Below are positions 1 to 10,879 of a stretch of DNA of 64,000 bases, in pieces; within the stretch, counting starts at the first letter, position 1, and each line of letters opens with the position of its first letter. A program made the position numbers and the translations under genes. Source of the stretch: Hyaloraphidium curvatum SAG 235-1 (taxonomy: Eukaryota; Fungi; Monoblepharomycota); contig JAIVFI010000019.1 of assembly GCA_025558095.1 (NCBI GenBank), positions 620,001 to 684,000 on the forward strand, read 5' to 3'. The notes under the pieces are model-generated. The model was not told the origin of the DNA. It saw only the letters and a program-made list of their open reading frames with translations, and ran no database searches.

Positions 1-630
1 CGCCAGGCCGACGTGGTCCGTCGTTGCGGAGAGGTCGAGGCGCCGCAGGTTTCCCCACTTCGGCAGCCACTGCCCGATCACGTCCCCGTGCACGTCGCCC
101 GAAAGCAAAGTGAATTCCGTTATGTCCATCCGCCCTGCTTCGCCGACGAAGCGACACAGCAGATCCTTTGCCAGGTCCGAGCCGCCGCACTCGAAACCGA
201 TGCTCTGGAGCTGCATAAGCGGCAGCGCGGCCAGCAGCGCCTCGAAGGCGGGCATCTGTTGCCAGATCATCTCCAACATGACGTAAAGGCTTCGCACCGA
301 GCCCAGGTATAGTTCGCCGCGCGGGGATGCTAGAGCCGAGAGCACCGCACCCCGGGCGACGATCCGGTGGGTGAGCCTCAGGTCCCTCCAAACGAGCCGG
401 GCCGCCTCCCTGAAGAAAGCTCGGTTGATCGTCAGCACGGAACGCAACGTCATGAGCTTCAGCCGGCCGTCCGGGCCGCGGCGCAAGTGGTGCCTGCCCG
501 AGCGGAGTTGGCACACGTCAACGCATGCGCGGCGCCGCCTCGCCCACCTGACGATCGAAGCGATGACCTCGCCAGGGAGCTCGCGCGGCGGCAGGGGCTG
601 GCTGCCCTTGGATGGGGCGCGGGAGGACAT
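1..630 (-). CDS. F-box-like/LRR-like protein, runs off window start (3' truncated)
   Basis: Open frame from ATG at 630: MSSRAPSKGSQPLPPRELPGEVIASIVRW (F-box-like LPxEV..I) ... LPKWGNLRRLDLS (LRR-like); no stop before position 1. Confidence 0.6.
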   Translation of the reverse strand, partial: MSSRAPSKGSQPLPPRELPGEVIASIVRWARRRRACVDVCQLRSGRHHLRRGPDGRLKLMTLRSVLTINRAFFREAARLVWRDLRLTHRIVARGAVLSALASPRGELYLGSVRSLYVMLEMIWQQMPAFEALLAALPLMQLQSIGFECGGSDLAKDLLCRFVGEAGRMDITEFTLLSGDVHGDVIGQWLPKWGNLRRLDLSATTDHVGLA

Positions 631-841
631 GGCGGAGTTTGCGGAATCCGCGTCACCTACGCTAGAGCCGCTTGGGCCTTCGCGGAATACGGAAGCGGGC
701 TGTCGGCAACTTGCTTCGGAAACGAAAGTCGATCATGTCAATTGACGTACAGAACACAATCCATGGAATGCAGGCCCCTATCTACAACCAAACCCCGTGG
801 CGATGGAGAGAACTGACGATGCAAAGATCCCACCGCATCGC

Positions 842-2510
842 CTACCCTTCCCTCGCCGGCTCCTCCGACGGCCCCGCCTCCCCTTCGGCGTCCGCCGCCT
901 CCCCCATCTCGACGTCCCCCGCCGCCACCGCCATCTCCGCGTCCTCGTCGGGCGTCGCCGGGCTCCCTTGCACCGCTTCCGATGCGTCGACCAGCATCGC
1001 GGCGTCGCCAACGTCGCCCCCGTCCGCAACGGCAGCCTGCTGCCCCGCTTCGGCCAGCTGCTCGCCCGCCGCGGCGTCGTCCTCAGCCGGCGCCGGCTGG
1101 GCCTGCGCGGCCGGCGGAGGGACGAAGGCGGGGTTGTTGACGAAGCAGGCATACCTGTGCCCGGCCACCCAGGCCGCCGACTGCACCCAAGGGAAGCGAT
1201 CAGCCCTTCCCGTCCACGATCAAGCACCGTGACGCAACCGACGCACCTGGCACTCCCTCCCGCAGTAGAACACCACCCTGCACCTCGCGCACCTCTGCAG
1301 CGCCCTCGTCCTCGCCTCCCTCCTGCAGTGGTCGCAGCTGTCAGCCACCCTCCCCCTCCTCCGCACCACCTCGGCCGCAGCGTGCGCGTCGGGTGGGACG
1401 CCCTGCGCGCCGGGGGGTGCGATGGTCCAGAGGCAGTTGAGGTCGCGGGCCAAGGACAGGAGGCGGTCCCGGAGGGGCGTGGCGAGGGGCGGGTGGGGAA
1501 GGAGGGATTGGTGCGCGGCGCGGAGTTCCCAGAGGGTGCGGACGAGGAGGTTGAGGATGACGACGGCCTATCGGGGGGCAAAGGTTAGGTGGGAGGGCAA
1601 AGGCGGGGAACGGAAAGCGCACCATCGGCTCGGGGCTGGCGAACGTGTGGCGCTGCCAAGGCCCGCGGGATTCGGCGACGACCTGTGCGAGGATGGAAGC
1701 GGCGGCGTCGAGCTCCGGGCCGACGGCGCGGTGGTGGGCAAAGGCCGGGGGCTGGTGCTCGTCGGCGGCGACCGAGAAGGAGGAGGCGCCCCACGAGGCG
1801 AGCGAGTCGAGCAACCGCAGATCCTGGCCCAGGCGCATGCGCACAGGGCGGGAGAAGAGCAGGTGCGCGATGCAGCAGGCCGCGAGCAGCGCCGCGCGGC
1901 CGAAGCGGTCGTCGTACTCGGCGGCGGCGTCCCGGTCGAACAGGGCGAGGTGGCCGCCGGCGTCGGGATGCTGCATCAGCGCAACGAAAGTCGGCCGTAC
2001 GTTGACGCCCCAGGCGAGCTGGCGCGGGCGGTGTGCGTAGGCGACGATCGGGCGGCGGAGGGCCGGGAAGTGGTCGCGGAAGGCGTCGAGCTGCAGGTTC
2101 GCGACAAAGTCGTCCTCGGAGGCGTCGCGAAGGTGCGGGTCGCCGGGCAGGGCGTCCTCGGGGAAGAACGGCTTCAGCAGGTCGCGGAGTGCGGCGTCGC
2201 CGTCGAGCGCCGCGAGCAGATCCGCCGCCTCCTTCAGCCTGTCCAGGGCCAGCACGCTTGCGCCGGTTTCCGGGTCGGGCTCGCCGGGCGCGGGCGGGGC
2301 GTTCGTGGCGGCGATGTACGGCGCGTAGCCGTCGGCAAAGGCATCGACCAGGTCCTTCAGGCGGCCGGTGAAGCCCGCGCAGTCCATTTTGTGCCAACCG
2401 TGCGTGGGCCGCGGCGGCGCCTCCTCCGCCTCGGCGTCCTCGGCGCCATCGACAGCAACCACTTCCACCGACGGCGGCGCGGCCTCGGGAGCGGAAACGT
2501 AGGAGCCCAT
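842..2510 (-). CDS. MYND-type zinc finger protein (spliced, acidic C-tail)
   Basis: CDHCRREARTRALQRCARCRVVFYCGRECQ / intron / SAAWVAGHRYAC is the MYND consensus; N-terminus MGSYVS. Confidence 0.8.
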
Positions 2511-2852
2511 CGCGAATGGTTCCAGGGGGTGGGGCAAGGGATTGGAAAGCAGCCGCCGCCAGTAAAGAACTCTGGCAGGAATCAAGAGTACAGGGGACAT
2601 GGAAGCAATTACTGCCGCTCATCGAAACCAAATTGATGCCTCTGAGGATGGCCGGACGTCGGCTGCCGGGATTCCTGCCGGGCGGCACGTATCTGCACGG
2701 GGTCTGCACGCGCACAGCTCCTGCATGCACGGTCCCCCGGCACCTCCCCACCTGGCCGTGCGGGCTGCGGATCCGATGCCGGTACATAAGCCCACGGTCG
2801 TGGAGGAGGGCCGGCACCATTCTCCGGAGCCAGTTCCCGAGCAGAATCCGAA

Positions 2853-3603
2853 ATGCGCTTCGCCTTCATCGCCGCCTTCATCGCCGCCTCCGTCGCCTTC
2901 TTCCTGGCCTCCGCCGCGGTCGCTTCCCCAGACGGCAACCACGGCAACGGCCACGACGACGGGTACCATTGCCGCCCGCACCTGGTGGTGGTCAAGAAGT
3001 ACCGGACAAAGAGCAAGACGGTCCCGTACACGCACTATGTCGGTAGCACCTACACGGTCTACCAGACGGTGACGGAGAGCCGGACCAAGGAGATCCCGAG
3101 CGAGACGACCGTCTACGGTGGGCTCTCTGCCCGGGGCTCCGCATCTCGTCGCTGACCGAGCGTTGATTCCTTCCAGCAACGTACACCGTCTTTTCCACGA
3201 AGACGCAGTACGCCTCGCAAACGACCACGTACACGTCGACGGTCTACTCCACGGCCTACGCCACGGCAACCACGACCGTCCGCTCGACCACCACGGTACA
3301 CAAGCCCACCACGGTCACTTCCGTCAGCTACAAGACCCAGACTGCGTACCGCACCGTGAAGGACAAGCGGACTTCGACCGTGACCACGACGTCGACGTAC
3401 CACACGTCGGCAACAAAGACGTACACCTCGTACACCACCTACACGTCGTACAGCACCGAACACAAGCCGACAACGTGCACCACGCACGTGGGTGTCCCTC
3501 TGGGTTCGCGGGCGCGGCGCAGCTAACTCTACCTCTCTTCAAGGTCACGGAAACGACGTACAAGACCAAGTACGCGACGAAATCTCACTGCCCCGAGCAC
3601 TAG
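2853..3603 (+). CDS. Secreted Thr/Tyr-rich protein (2 introns)
   Basis: Signal peptide MRFAFIAAFIAASVAFFLASAAVA; spliced exons encode TYTVFSTKTQYASQTTTYTSTVYSTAY...; ends KSHCPEH*. Confidence 0.75.
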
Positions 3604-3637
3604 CTCACATACATATAGACGGCCAATGCCAACGACT

Positions 3638-4753
3638 TCACATCTTCGCCTTGTCCCGCTTCGGCAGCCGTTCCCGATAGTCGTCCAGCTTGAAAGAAGC
3701 GGGGTACACCCGCGGCTCGCCCTTTTCGCCGCTCACGACCCAGCACTTCCCCCGTCCCTTGTCCTCGTCCGCTACGCACATGAGGAAGGCGTCGGCGACC
3801 GCGCCGATGGGCGTCCAGCCGCCCATGCCTTCGACCATGCCGGGGAACTTGGTGTTCATCTCGTCCTTGTTCTCCAGGGCCCGGCCGCCCATGGCCTATT
3901 CGCAGTGGGTCGGAACGACGTCAGGAATCCCATCGGGACCAGCAAAGGGCACGCGGCGACACCCACGTCCACCATCGAGTTCTTGCGCAGGAAGTTGGTG
4001 TCCACGAACCCCGGCATCACCGCCGAGAACCTGACGGGCGACTTCCCTTTCTTCTTGGACTGGAGGTGCGAGAGCTCCGCAATCGCCTGCGCGCTCTTGA
4101 CGAACTGCACCAGGCCCGCCTTGCTCACGGCGTCTACGGTGGAAGTTAGCTTCACTGTCGAGCAGGAGCGAGCGCGGAAGGGCTCACACGACATGAAGGT
4201 CGTCATCCCGAGCCCCCATTCGATGTACCCGTGGAGCCCGTAGATGGACGAATTGACCACGAACGCGCCCGCCCCCCCGTCCGACGCCCAATGCGTCGCC
4301 GCCAACCTCCCCAGCAGCATCGTCCCCACGAGGTTGCCCTGGATCCCGCGCAGCCAGCCCGAGTCGTCCGCGTTCGCGACGGCGTCGCTCCAGACGTCCG
4401 AGGAGAAGCCGGCGTTGGCGACGACCGCGTCGACGCGTCCCAAGATGGCCACGGTCTTTTCGAAGGAGGTCCGGATGGAGGGTTCCGAGCAGATGTCGCA
4501 GGGAACGAAAGCGAGCTCCTTCTGCCCCACCCCGAACTCGGTCCGCAGATCGGAAAGCACGGACGAAGCGAGCTTCTCGTTGCGATTGGAAACAACGACC
4601 CTAGCTCCCTCCTGGAGCAGGCGGCGGACGACAGCCAGGCCGATGCCCTGGGAGACGCGGCGTCAGGCTTCCGGCTCGGCCCGGGAGAAGGCAGAATCGC
4701 ACTTCGGTGCCTCCCGTGACGAGGACGCCTTTTCCTTTGATCTCGAAGACCAT
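3638..4753 (-). CDS. Short-chain dehydrogenase/reductase (15-PGDH-like), spliced
   Basis: VLVTGGT..GIG Rossmann motif, VVANAG, NSS, AVSKAG catalytic region, MPGFVDT. Confidence 0.9.
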
Positions 4754-4907
4754 GATTTGGACGCTACGGCGCGGCGCGGATCCACGGAGGGGTCCGATCA
4801 AGGCGACGATCGACGCCGCCGAGAACTTCGGCGCAACTTGCCCCGCATCGCGCCCGCCGGTTTCCGGGGGCCCGTTCCCGCAATCGCCAGTGCGGACCGC
4901 CGCCGCG

Positions 4908-5857
4908 ATGTCCATCCTCCCCGGCGCCTTCCCCGACGACGAGCCCCCCGCGCGCCGCGAGGTGGTGCTCTCCGAGAAGGGCCGCCGCGAGGAGGAGCGC
5001 AAGCGCAAAACGGCCGAGAAGGCCGCCGAGTTCGCGGACAAGTGGGAGGGGTGGAAGAAGATGGGCGCGAAGGAGTGGAGCGAGAGGGTGTACAAGCCCG
5101 AGCCGGGGCAGGAGACCTCCAAGACGAACCCGCGGATCTCGCCGGGGAACCACCTCAGCAGGAGGTTCCAGGTCATGGATCTGGACTTCCAGCCCGACAT
5201 GGACATTGACTTTTGGGAGCTCACCGTTTCGAGCCATCTCGGGACGGTGAAGCTGAACCTGGAGGACATTCGGGAGCTGGGGGAGCAGACCTACGTCGCG
5301 GATTTCCACTGCGTGACCAGGTGGTCGGCGTTCGACGTCCAGTGGACGGGGGTGCCTTTCTCCAGGGTCATGGAGAGGTGCCGGCACGTCATTCCCCCAG
5401 GCTGGAAGGTGATCTACGAGACGTCGGCCGACGGCTACACTACCAACGTCGTGGGTTGTGACGTTGGGTCGGCATCGCCCCAGGCTAATCTGCTTGCCAC
5501 TCAGCAACGGCGGGACGTGGAACGCGACGACGTTTGGCTCGTTTATGGCCTCAACGGGCAGATCCCCATCCCTCTGGAGCACGGCACCGTCCGAATACTC
5601 AAGCCGCATCTCTACGCCTGGGTGGGTGCTCGCTGATTCGCCCGCAACCCGGCGGTCTACTTACGGGCCCACAGAAGAGCGCAAAGTGGCTGGAACGGAT
5701 CGATTTCCTGATGGAGGACACGCCTGGATTCTGGGAGGTGCGCGGATTCCATCGGAGAGCCAACGCGTGGGCGGAAGAGAGGTACGGCGGGCCGGATGAT
5801 CCGCTGCCGGAACTGGGACCGGAGTTCGAACGGCTTCCCGGGTACAAGGCCGGTTGA
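4908..5857 (+). CDS. Molybdopterin-binding sulfite-oxidase-like oxidoreductase (YuiH/MsrP-like), 2 introns
   Basis: DFHCVTRWS (Mo-ligating Cys), DGYTTN, PLEHG, LYAW/KSAKWL, GFWEVRGFH motifs. Confidence 0.9.
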
Positions 5858-5858
5858 T

Positions 5859-7025
5859 TCACGCGGTGTACACGGGACCATCGAGCTCCATGATCTCCAC
5901 TTCATCGTCCCGGCCGACGTAGGCCAGGCCCGGGTCCAGATAGATCACGCGCGTGCCGCCCTCTTTCGCCGGCCGGATGCCAATCTCCACCTCGGGTTCG
6001 ACTCCCTGACGCCCGAAGTGGAGCGTGTGGCAATGCCCGAAACTGTGGGACGCCCCGGAGCCCCATGAACCCATGTTCTTCCTTAGGAGGCTGCCGTTGG
6101 TGTGCCCGACAATCTGCGAGAAACCCAGGGGCAGCTTGGAGACGTCGTACCGCCTCGGCCTCCCCTCAGCAAAGCCCCACGCGCTGTCGGCTATTGCCGC
6201 CGGGTTTGCAGGTCTGTGGGCCATTAAACCTCCGGGCTGCGTGCTTGCTACCCCGGCGAAGTGGAGAGGCTCCAAGTTTAGCGCTTCGTTGCCCCCATCG
6301 CGCCAAGCGTTTACGACGCGGTCGACGGCGCGATCCAGGCTGCTTTGCAACGCCGCAGCTACCTCTTTAGCACCAGATTCATCGGAAAGTCCGAGAACGT
6401 GGAGCTCCCGGCGCGTCGTCCCCGCGTGGTTCATCAGGAGCACGTCGCCCCCGTGCTGGGCGGTCGTGGCCAGCCGGTACCGCCGTGCCAACAGGAGTGA
6501 CTTCACTAGATCCCGCTGGGCTTCGGTAAAGGTGCTGAAGTCCCTCCTGAGGATCCCAGGCTCCGCAATGTCGAACTCGTCGCAGAAGGCGCGCACCTCT
6601 TCGGGTTTCACGTCAAAGCTCCGCTTCCGTGCAGCCCGGAATGACGCGTCGGAAAACTTGGCGAGCTCCATGACGCGGACGGCATCGTGGTTGCCTAGAA
6701 TGATGACCACCTGCTCCGGCTCGTGGGCAGCGAGCCATGAGAGGTTCAGCAGGCCCTCGCGCCCCGCAGTTGCCCTGTTCTCCGGGTCGTCCTTCTGCGT
6801 CCCGAGAAAATCGAAGTGGTCGCCCATGGAGACGAGGCCCACGTCGGGCCTGAGCCATCCTTCGTCTGACACGAGGCCGCGGGAGGCAAGGGTCCGGAGG
6901 AACCGGTCGAACGGGCATTGCGGGTCGCCGACGGCGAACCACCGCTCAACAGCGGGAGAGTGCGACGGACTGCCCCCGGAAAAAGATTCCTCGGCGCGGA
7001 CGCGTGCCGCGGCGAGGGGATCCAT
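5859..7025 (-). CDS. Calcineurin-like metallophosphoesterase, intronless, bacterial (myxobacterial-like)
   Basis: GDPQ, SMGDHFD, LGNHD, NHAG, QIVGHT motifs in a single ORF. Confidence 0.85.
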   Translation of the reverse strand: MDPLAAARVRAEESFSGGSPSHSPAVERWFAVGDPQCPFDRFLRTLASRGLVSDEGWLRPDVGLVSMGDHFDFLGTQKDDPENRATAGREGLLNLSWLAAHEPEQVVIILGNHDAVRVMELAKFSDASFRAARKRSFDVKPEEVRAFCDEFDIAEPGILRRDFSTFTEAQRDLVKSLLLARRYRLATTAQHGGDVLLMNHAGTTRRELHVLGLSDESGAKEVAAALQSSLDRAVDRVVNAWRDGGNEALNLEPLHFAGVASTQPGGLMAHRPANPAAIADSAWGFAEGRPRRYDVSKLPLGFSQIVGHTNGSLLRKNMGSWGSGASHSFGHCHTLHFGRQGVEPEVEIGIRPAKEGGTRVIYLDPGLAYVGRDDEVEIMELDGPVYTA

Positions 7026-7554
7026 CGCGGCGGGATCCTGATTCCTGGTTGAGCGGTCTTCGTTCGATCGCCGCCGTGGTGCGAGCAATGTGAACAACGT
7101 AGGCTAACAAACAGCTTTCAGACTGAAAAGCGAGACAGAGAAAGAAGGTTGAAGCACCCGAATGACTAGGATGGATTCGACGACTTGACTTCACCTTTGA
7201 GTCGAACTGACGTGCAATCTCCTCCCTCCGCGCACCGCGTTGATGAAAATAGCTCGGCGAATGTCGGAGTCCACTTTTCCAATTCATTATTTTCTCATTT
7301 GGCCATCAACGGATCAGCGCAGTGGGCGGGGACGGAGCCGATCAGGATCGATCGATGGTCGGCGATGACCGATGTGGCGGCGCGGAATCGCGGACCTTGC
7401 CTCGTTCCGATTCCGAGTCACACATTTAGCGCTGGAGCCGCTCAGCGTCGCGGACACTTCCAACGCAGTCGAGAGAAGCGCTACCTTGATCTTCTGACCG
7501 CCTCGTGAGCGGGAGTGGCCGCCGGAGTCCACACTCGACGCTCCTCGAATCGCC

Positions 7555-8784
7555 ATGGCGACAAACGCGAGCGCCATCGTTGGCGCCATGCCCGGCCTGC
7601 CGGCGCACCTGCTTGGGGACTCGCTGTGGGCACGCATCGGCCGGAGCTTCCTGAGCTTCACCAAGCCCATCTACGAGCGTATCGGCGGGGTCGGGACCCA
7701 CACTCTCTACACGTTCGCCCTCTTCTGGACATCCTATGTGGCCATGTACAACTTCTACACCGCCGTGGACAAGCACAACCTCTGGGGACTGCAGCGCTAC
7801 AAGATTCATCCCGGGAAGATGGAGCCACAGGAGCTGAACGACAAGGTCACGGACGGCCTCAAGAGCGGTTTCTGGAAGGGGGTTGGTGGCAGCAACCCGT
7901 CAAGGAATCACCGGAGACTGACCTATGGCTCAGGCCGTCCGCACTGCCGCCGCGTACGGCGTGTTTTTCTCCTTCGGGCGCCAGCCGATCATGTCCTTCC
8001 CCAAATCGCCCCTCTCGCTCCTTGGCAACCTCGTCTTTGGATATTTCCTCTTCGATTTCGGGTTCTACTGGTGTGTTGGCTTCTCATTCATCTCACCGAC
8101 CACCATCTGATGGTGCACGATATGGTTCTAGGCTCCACCGAATGGAACACCTTCCGCAGTTCTACAAGACCTGGCACAAGCAACACCGTGAGTTCGTTTG
8201 CCCGTCTTTTCGGTCTACTCTGACGATCCTGCAGACGAGTTCAAGCTGACCAACCGCGGCGCCACGTCCTGGAACGACATGAGGGAATCCTTCGGTATCA
8301 TGTTCTTGAACGACCTTACGGCGATGTTCCTGAAGTTTGACCTGTTCACGTGGTGCGTCTGGACTGTCTACACCAACTACTTGGATTTCCACATCCACTG
8401 CGGTGCGTCGGACCGTGGAACCGTGCCCAGCATCTGACTGACGTGCTCGTCACGCCGTCTTCAGGCTACAAGTTCCCCTGGAACCCAATCAACCTGATCG
8501 AGGACCCCCTGGTTCACGACTTCCACGTAGGTTTGCGCACGTGTGGCTCTCAACCTGCGTTCTGACCGGTTTGCTCCTCCTTCGCACCAAAATGTTCCAA
8601 TCAGCACTACCGGAACGTTGGAAACTTCGCGACGACCCACTGGGACATTCTGTTCGGAACTAACAAGCACTACGTTCAGTGGCAGAAGCGGCAAGCGGAG
8701 CGGAAGGCCAAGGGCCTTGAGGAGGAGGCTGAGCGACGGACGGACCCGGATGAGGACGGCGACGCAGCTGAGAAGCTGGAGTGA
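7555..8784 (+). CDS. Fatty acid hydroxylase/sterol desaturase superfamily protein (5 introns)
   Basis: His boxes across exons: YW/LHRMEH, HKQH/H, HIHCG/Y, HDFH/HY..GNF...WDILFGT. Confidence 0.9.
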
Positions 8785-8919
8785 TGGCTTTGGGCGTCGG
8801 AGAACCCGGCCGCGGCTGGTGAATGATGACGATGGATAGAGCTGGATAAAGTGATGATTTGACTTCGTTTATAGAGATGGCACAGGGTTGGACACAATGC
8901 AATTCAAGTCCGTTCATGT

Positions 8920-10666
8920 TCACAGGTCCTTCTTGGAACCCAAGCGTTCCTTTTTCAAGCCCCGCACCTCTTCCCCCATCCTAGCCACCGCGTTCTCGAA
9001 AAGCTCGACGATCCTGTCCGCGGATCCCTCCGAAAACTCGGGGAGCGCGTCGTCGCGTTCCATCATCACGGCGACGCTGAACTTGCCCGCACCTGCAAGA
9101 GCTTGTTAATCAGATCACGAGTGATTCGGCGCCTGCACTGTACCCACTCGAAAGAACGGCCACTCCGAGAGCTCCGGGCGCGGAGTTGGAGATCGGGTTA
9201 AAGACGTGGATGGTGTGCTGGAAGCCCGGCCAGAAGCCGGTCGTGGGGCCGGGCACGTTGGACAGGCCGCCGTGAGATTTGGCGAGCTGGCGTTCCATGA
9301 GCCTACGAGCGCCTGTAAGTTTGCACATGGCAACGTCGCGCACCATGTTTGTCACCTCTTCGGGATCATCCAGGGCGCTCTGACGAAAGTGTCCGCCGCC
9401 CACGCGGTGATCTTGACCAGCGGACGCATCCGTCTCTGCAGTCCCATCCAGGTCGCGATCTGGCGAGCACGCTCCGAAATAGCAGTCGGATCCGAAGCAG
9501 GGGAGAGCAACACGTAGTAGAGGAGCTGGTTCGAAAGCGAAGAGTCGCCGGGCATCCGGAGGGAAGCTGGGGACGAAGTGTGAGGTGTCGTGCGGACCAC
9601 ATGAGCAGCAAAGTTTCTCACTCGGAAGGCCGTAGGCGAAGTTCTCATCCCGAAGCGCCTTCTTCTCCCGCAGGAACGACTCGATTGCGTCCGTCACGCA
9701 AGCGAGCACGACGTCGTTGAGGCTCACGCCCAGGGCATTCTTGGCGTCCTTGACGACGGCGAGGTCCACCATGCGCTCCGGCGACGACCATGCCACTTGT
9801 TTGTGCCGGTTGTGCTGGCGACCGTCGGGGAAGACGAGCGACCGCCGAGCTCCGGGCATGATCTGGCCATGAACGTTGAATATCAGAGCTCCTGGGGTAG
9901 TAGGCGAGCCGATCAGCTTACCAGCGGGAGATAGATCCAATCGATGGCGATGCTCAGCACGATCGCGACCGCAATCGACCAGAGAGTGGAGATGAAGGAA
10001 AGAGCAGCTTGGACGAGAGACTGCTGCCTGCCTTTCTGCCGGTGCACGTCGTACTGGATCGGCGGCTCCCTGCCTTGCTCGCGGGCCATTGCTTCTCCCT
10101 GGTGCGCGATCGTCAGTGATCCGATACAGGGCAAGCCGAACGAGCAGATCACCCACGAGATGCCTGATGGACCCCTCGCCATCCGTCAGTGCATGATGCT
10201 GCTTGTCCAGCAAGGCAATTCCGCCGCCGGGGAGGTTCGAGATGTAGTAGAGATGCCACACGGCGGCGTTGTCGAGGTCCAGCGGCGCCGACATCAGCTC
10301 CGACACCGTCGAACGCAGGCACGGCTCGGTCGGTTCGGCGAGCTCCACGAGGCTGACCTGGTCGTCGATCGAGAACGCGAAGCCTTCAGAAGAGAAGAAC
10401 GGGCTGCGCCAGAACGGGTCCGTGGCCGCGTCACCGGAGACGACGAGCTTCCTGGTCCAACGCGAGGTGCAGCGGGTGCGGGCCGTGAATGCCTTGACGT
10501 AGTCGTAGCCGAGCAGCTCCTGGTCGATGGGCGGCGCGAAGATGGTGAGGCTGGCGCCGGCGATGAAGGCCACGTTGGGGCTCGCGAGGCCGCCGAAGAG
10601 GACGTCGAGGCCGCGGAGGTACTCGCGCTCCGACCCGTCAGCACGTTTATCCTTCAACGCCGCCAT
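8920..10666 (-). CDS. Wax ester synthase/diacylglycerol acyltransferase (WS/DGAT), spliced
   Basis: HHALTDG catalytic motif, VSLNDVVLACV, LSNVPGP, C-terminal AGKFSVAV. Confidence 0.9.
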
Positions 10667-10879
10667 CGAATCTCTCTGACGAGCGAGCGGAGGACGCCAA
10701 ATACGCGGATGCCGAGCGGGAGGGAGGCGGGTCGAAGGGGCGTTGGGAGACAGCGGTGAGTCACGCGAGTTCGGACCAAACGAGAAGACGAGAACGAGAG
10801 CAACATCTTAGTCTGTGTCTTTCTACACTCTTTCCAAACCCTTTCTGACCACGGTGGATCAATCATCAATCACGGTGTA

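Noticed and set aside
7238-7312. AT-rich segment with an 8-bp inverted repeat and TGATGA (snoRNA or MITE?)
   Set aside because: No matching box D, the inverted repeat is too short, and no second copy was seen
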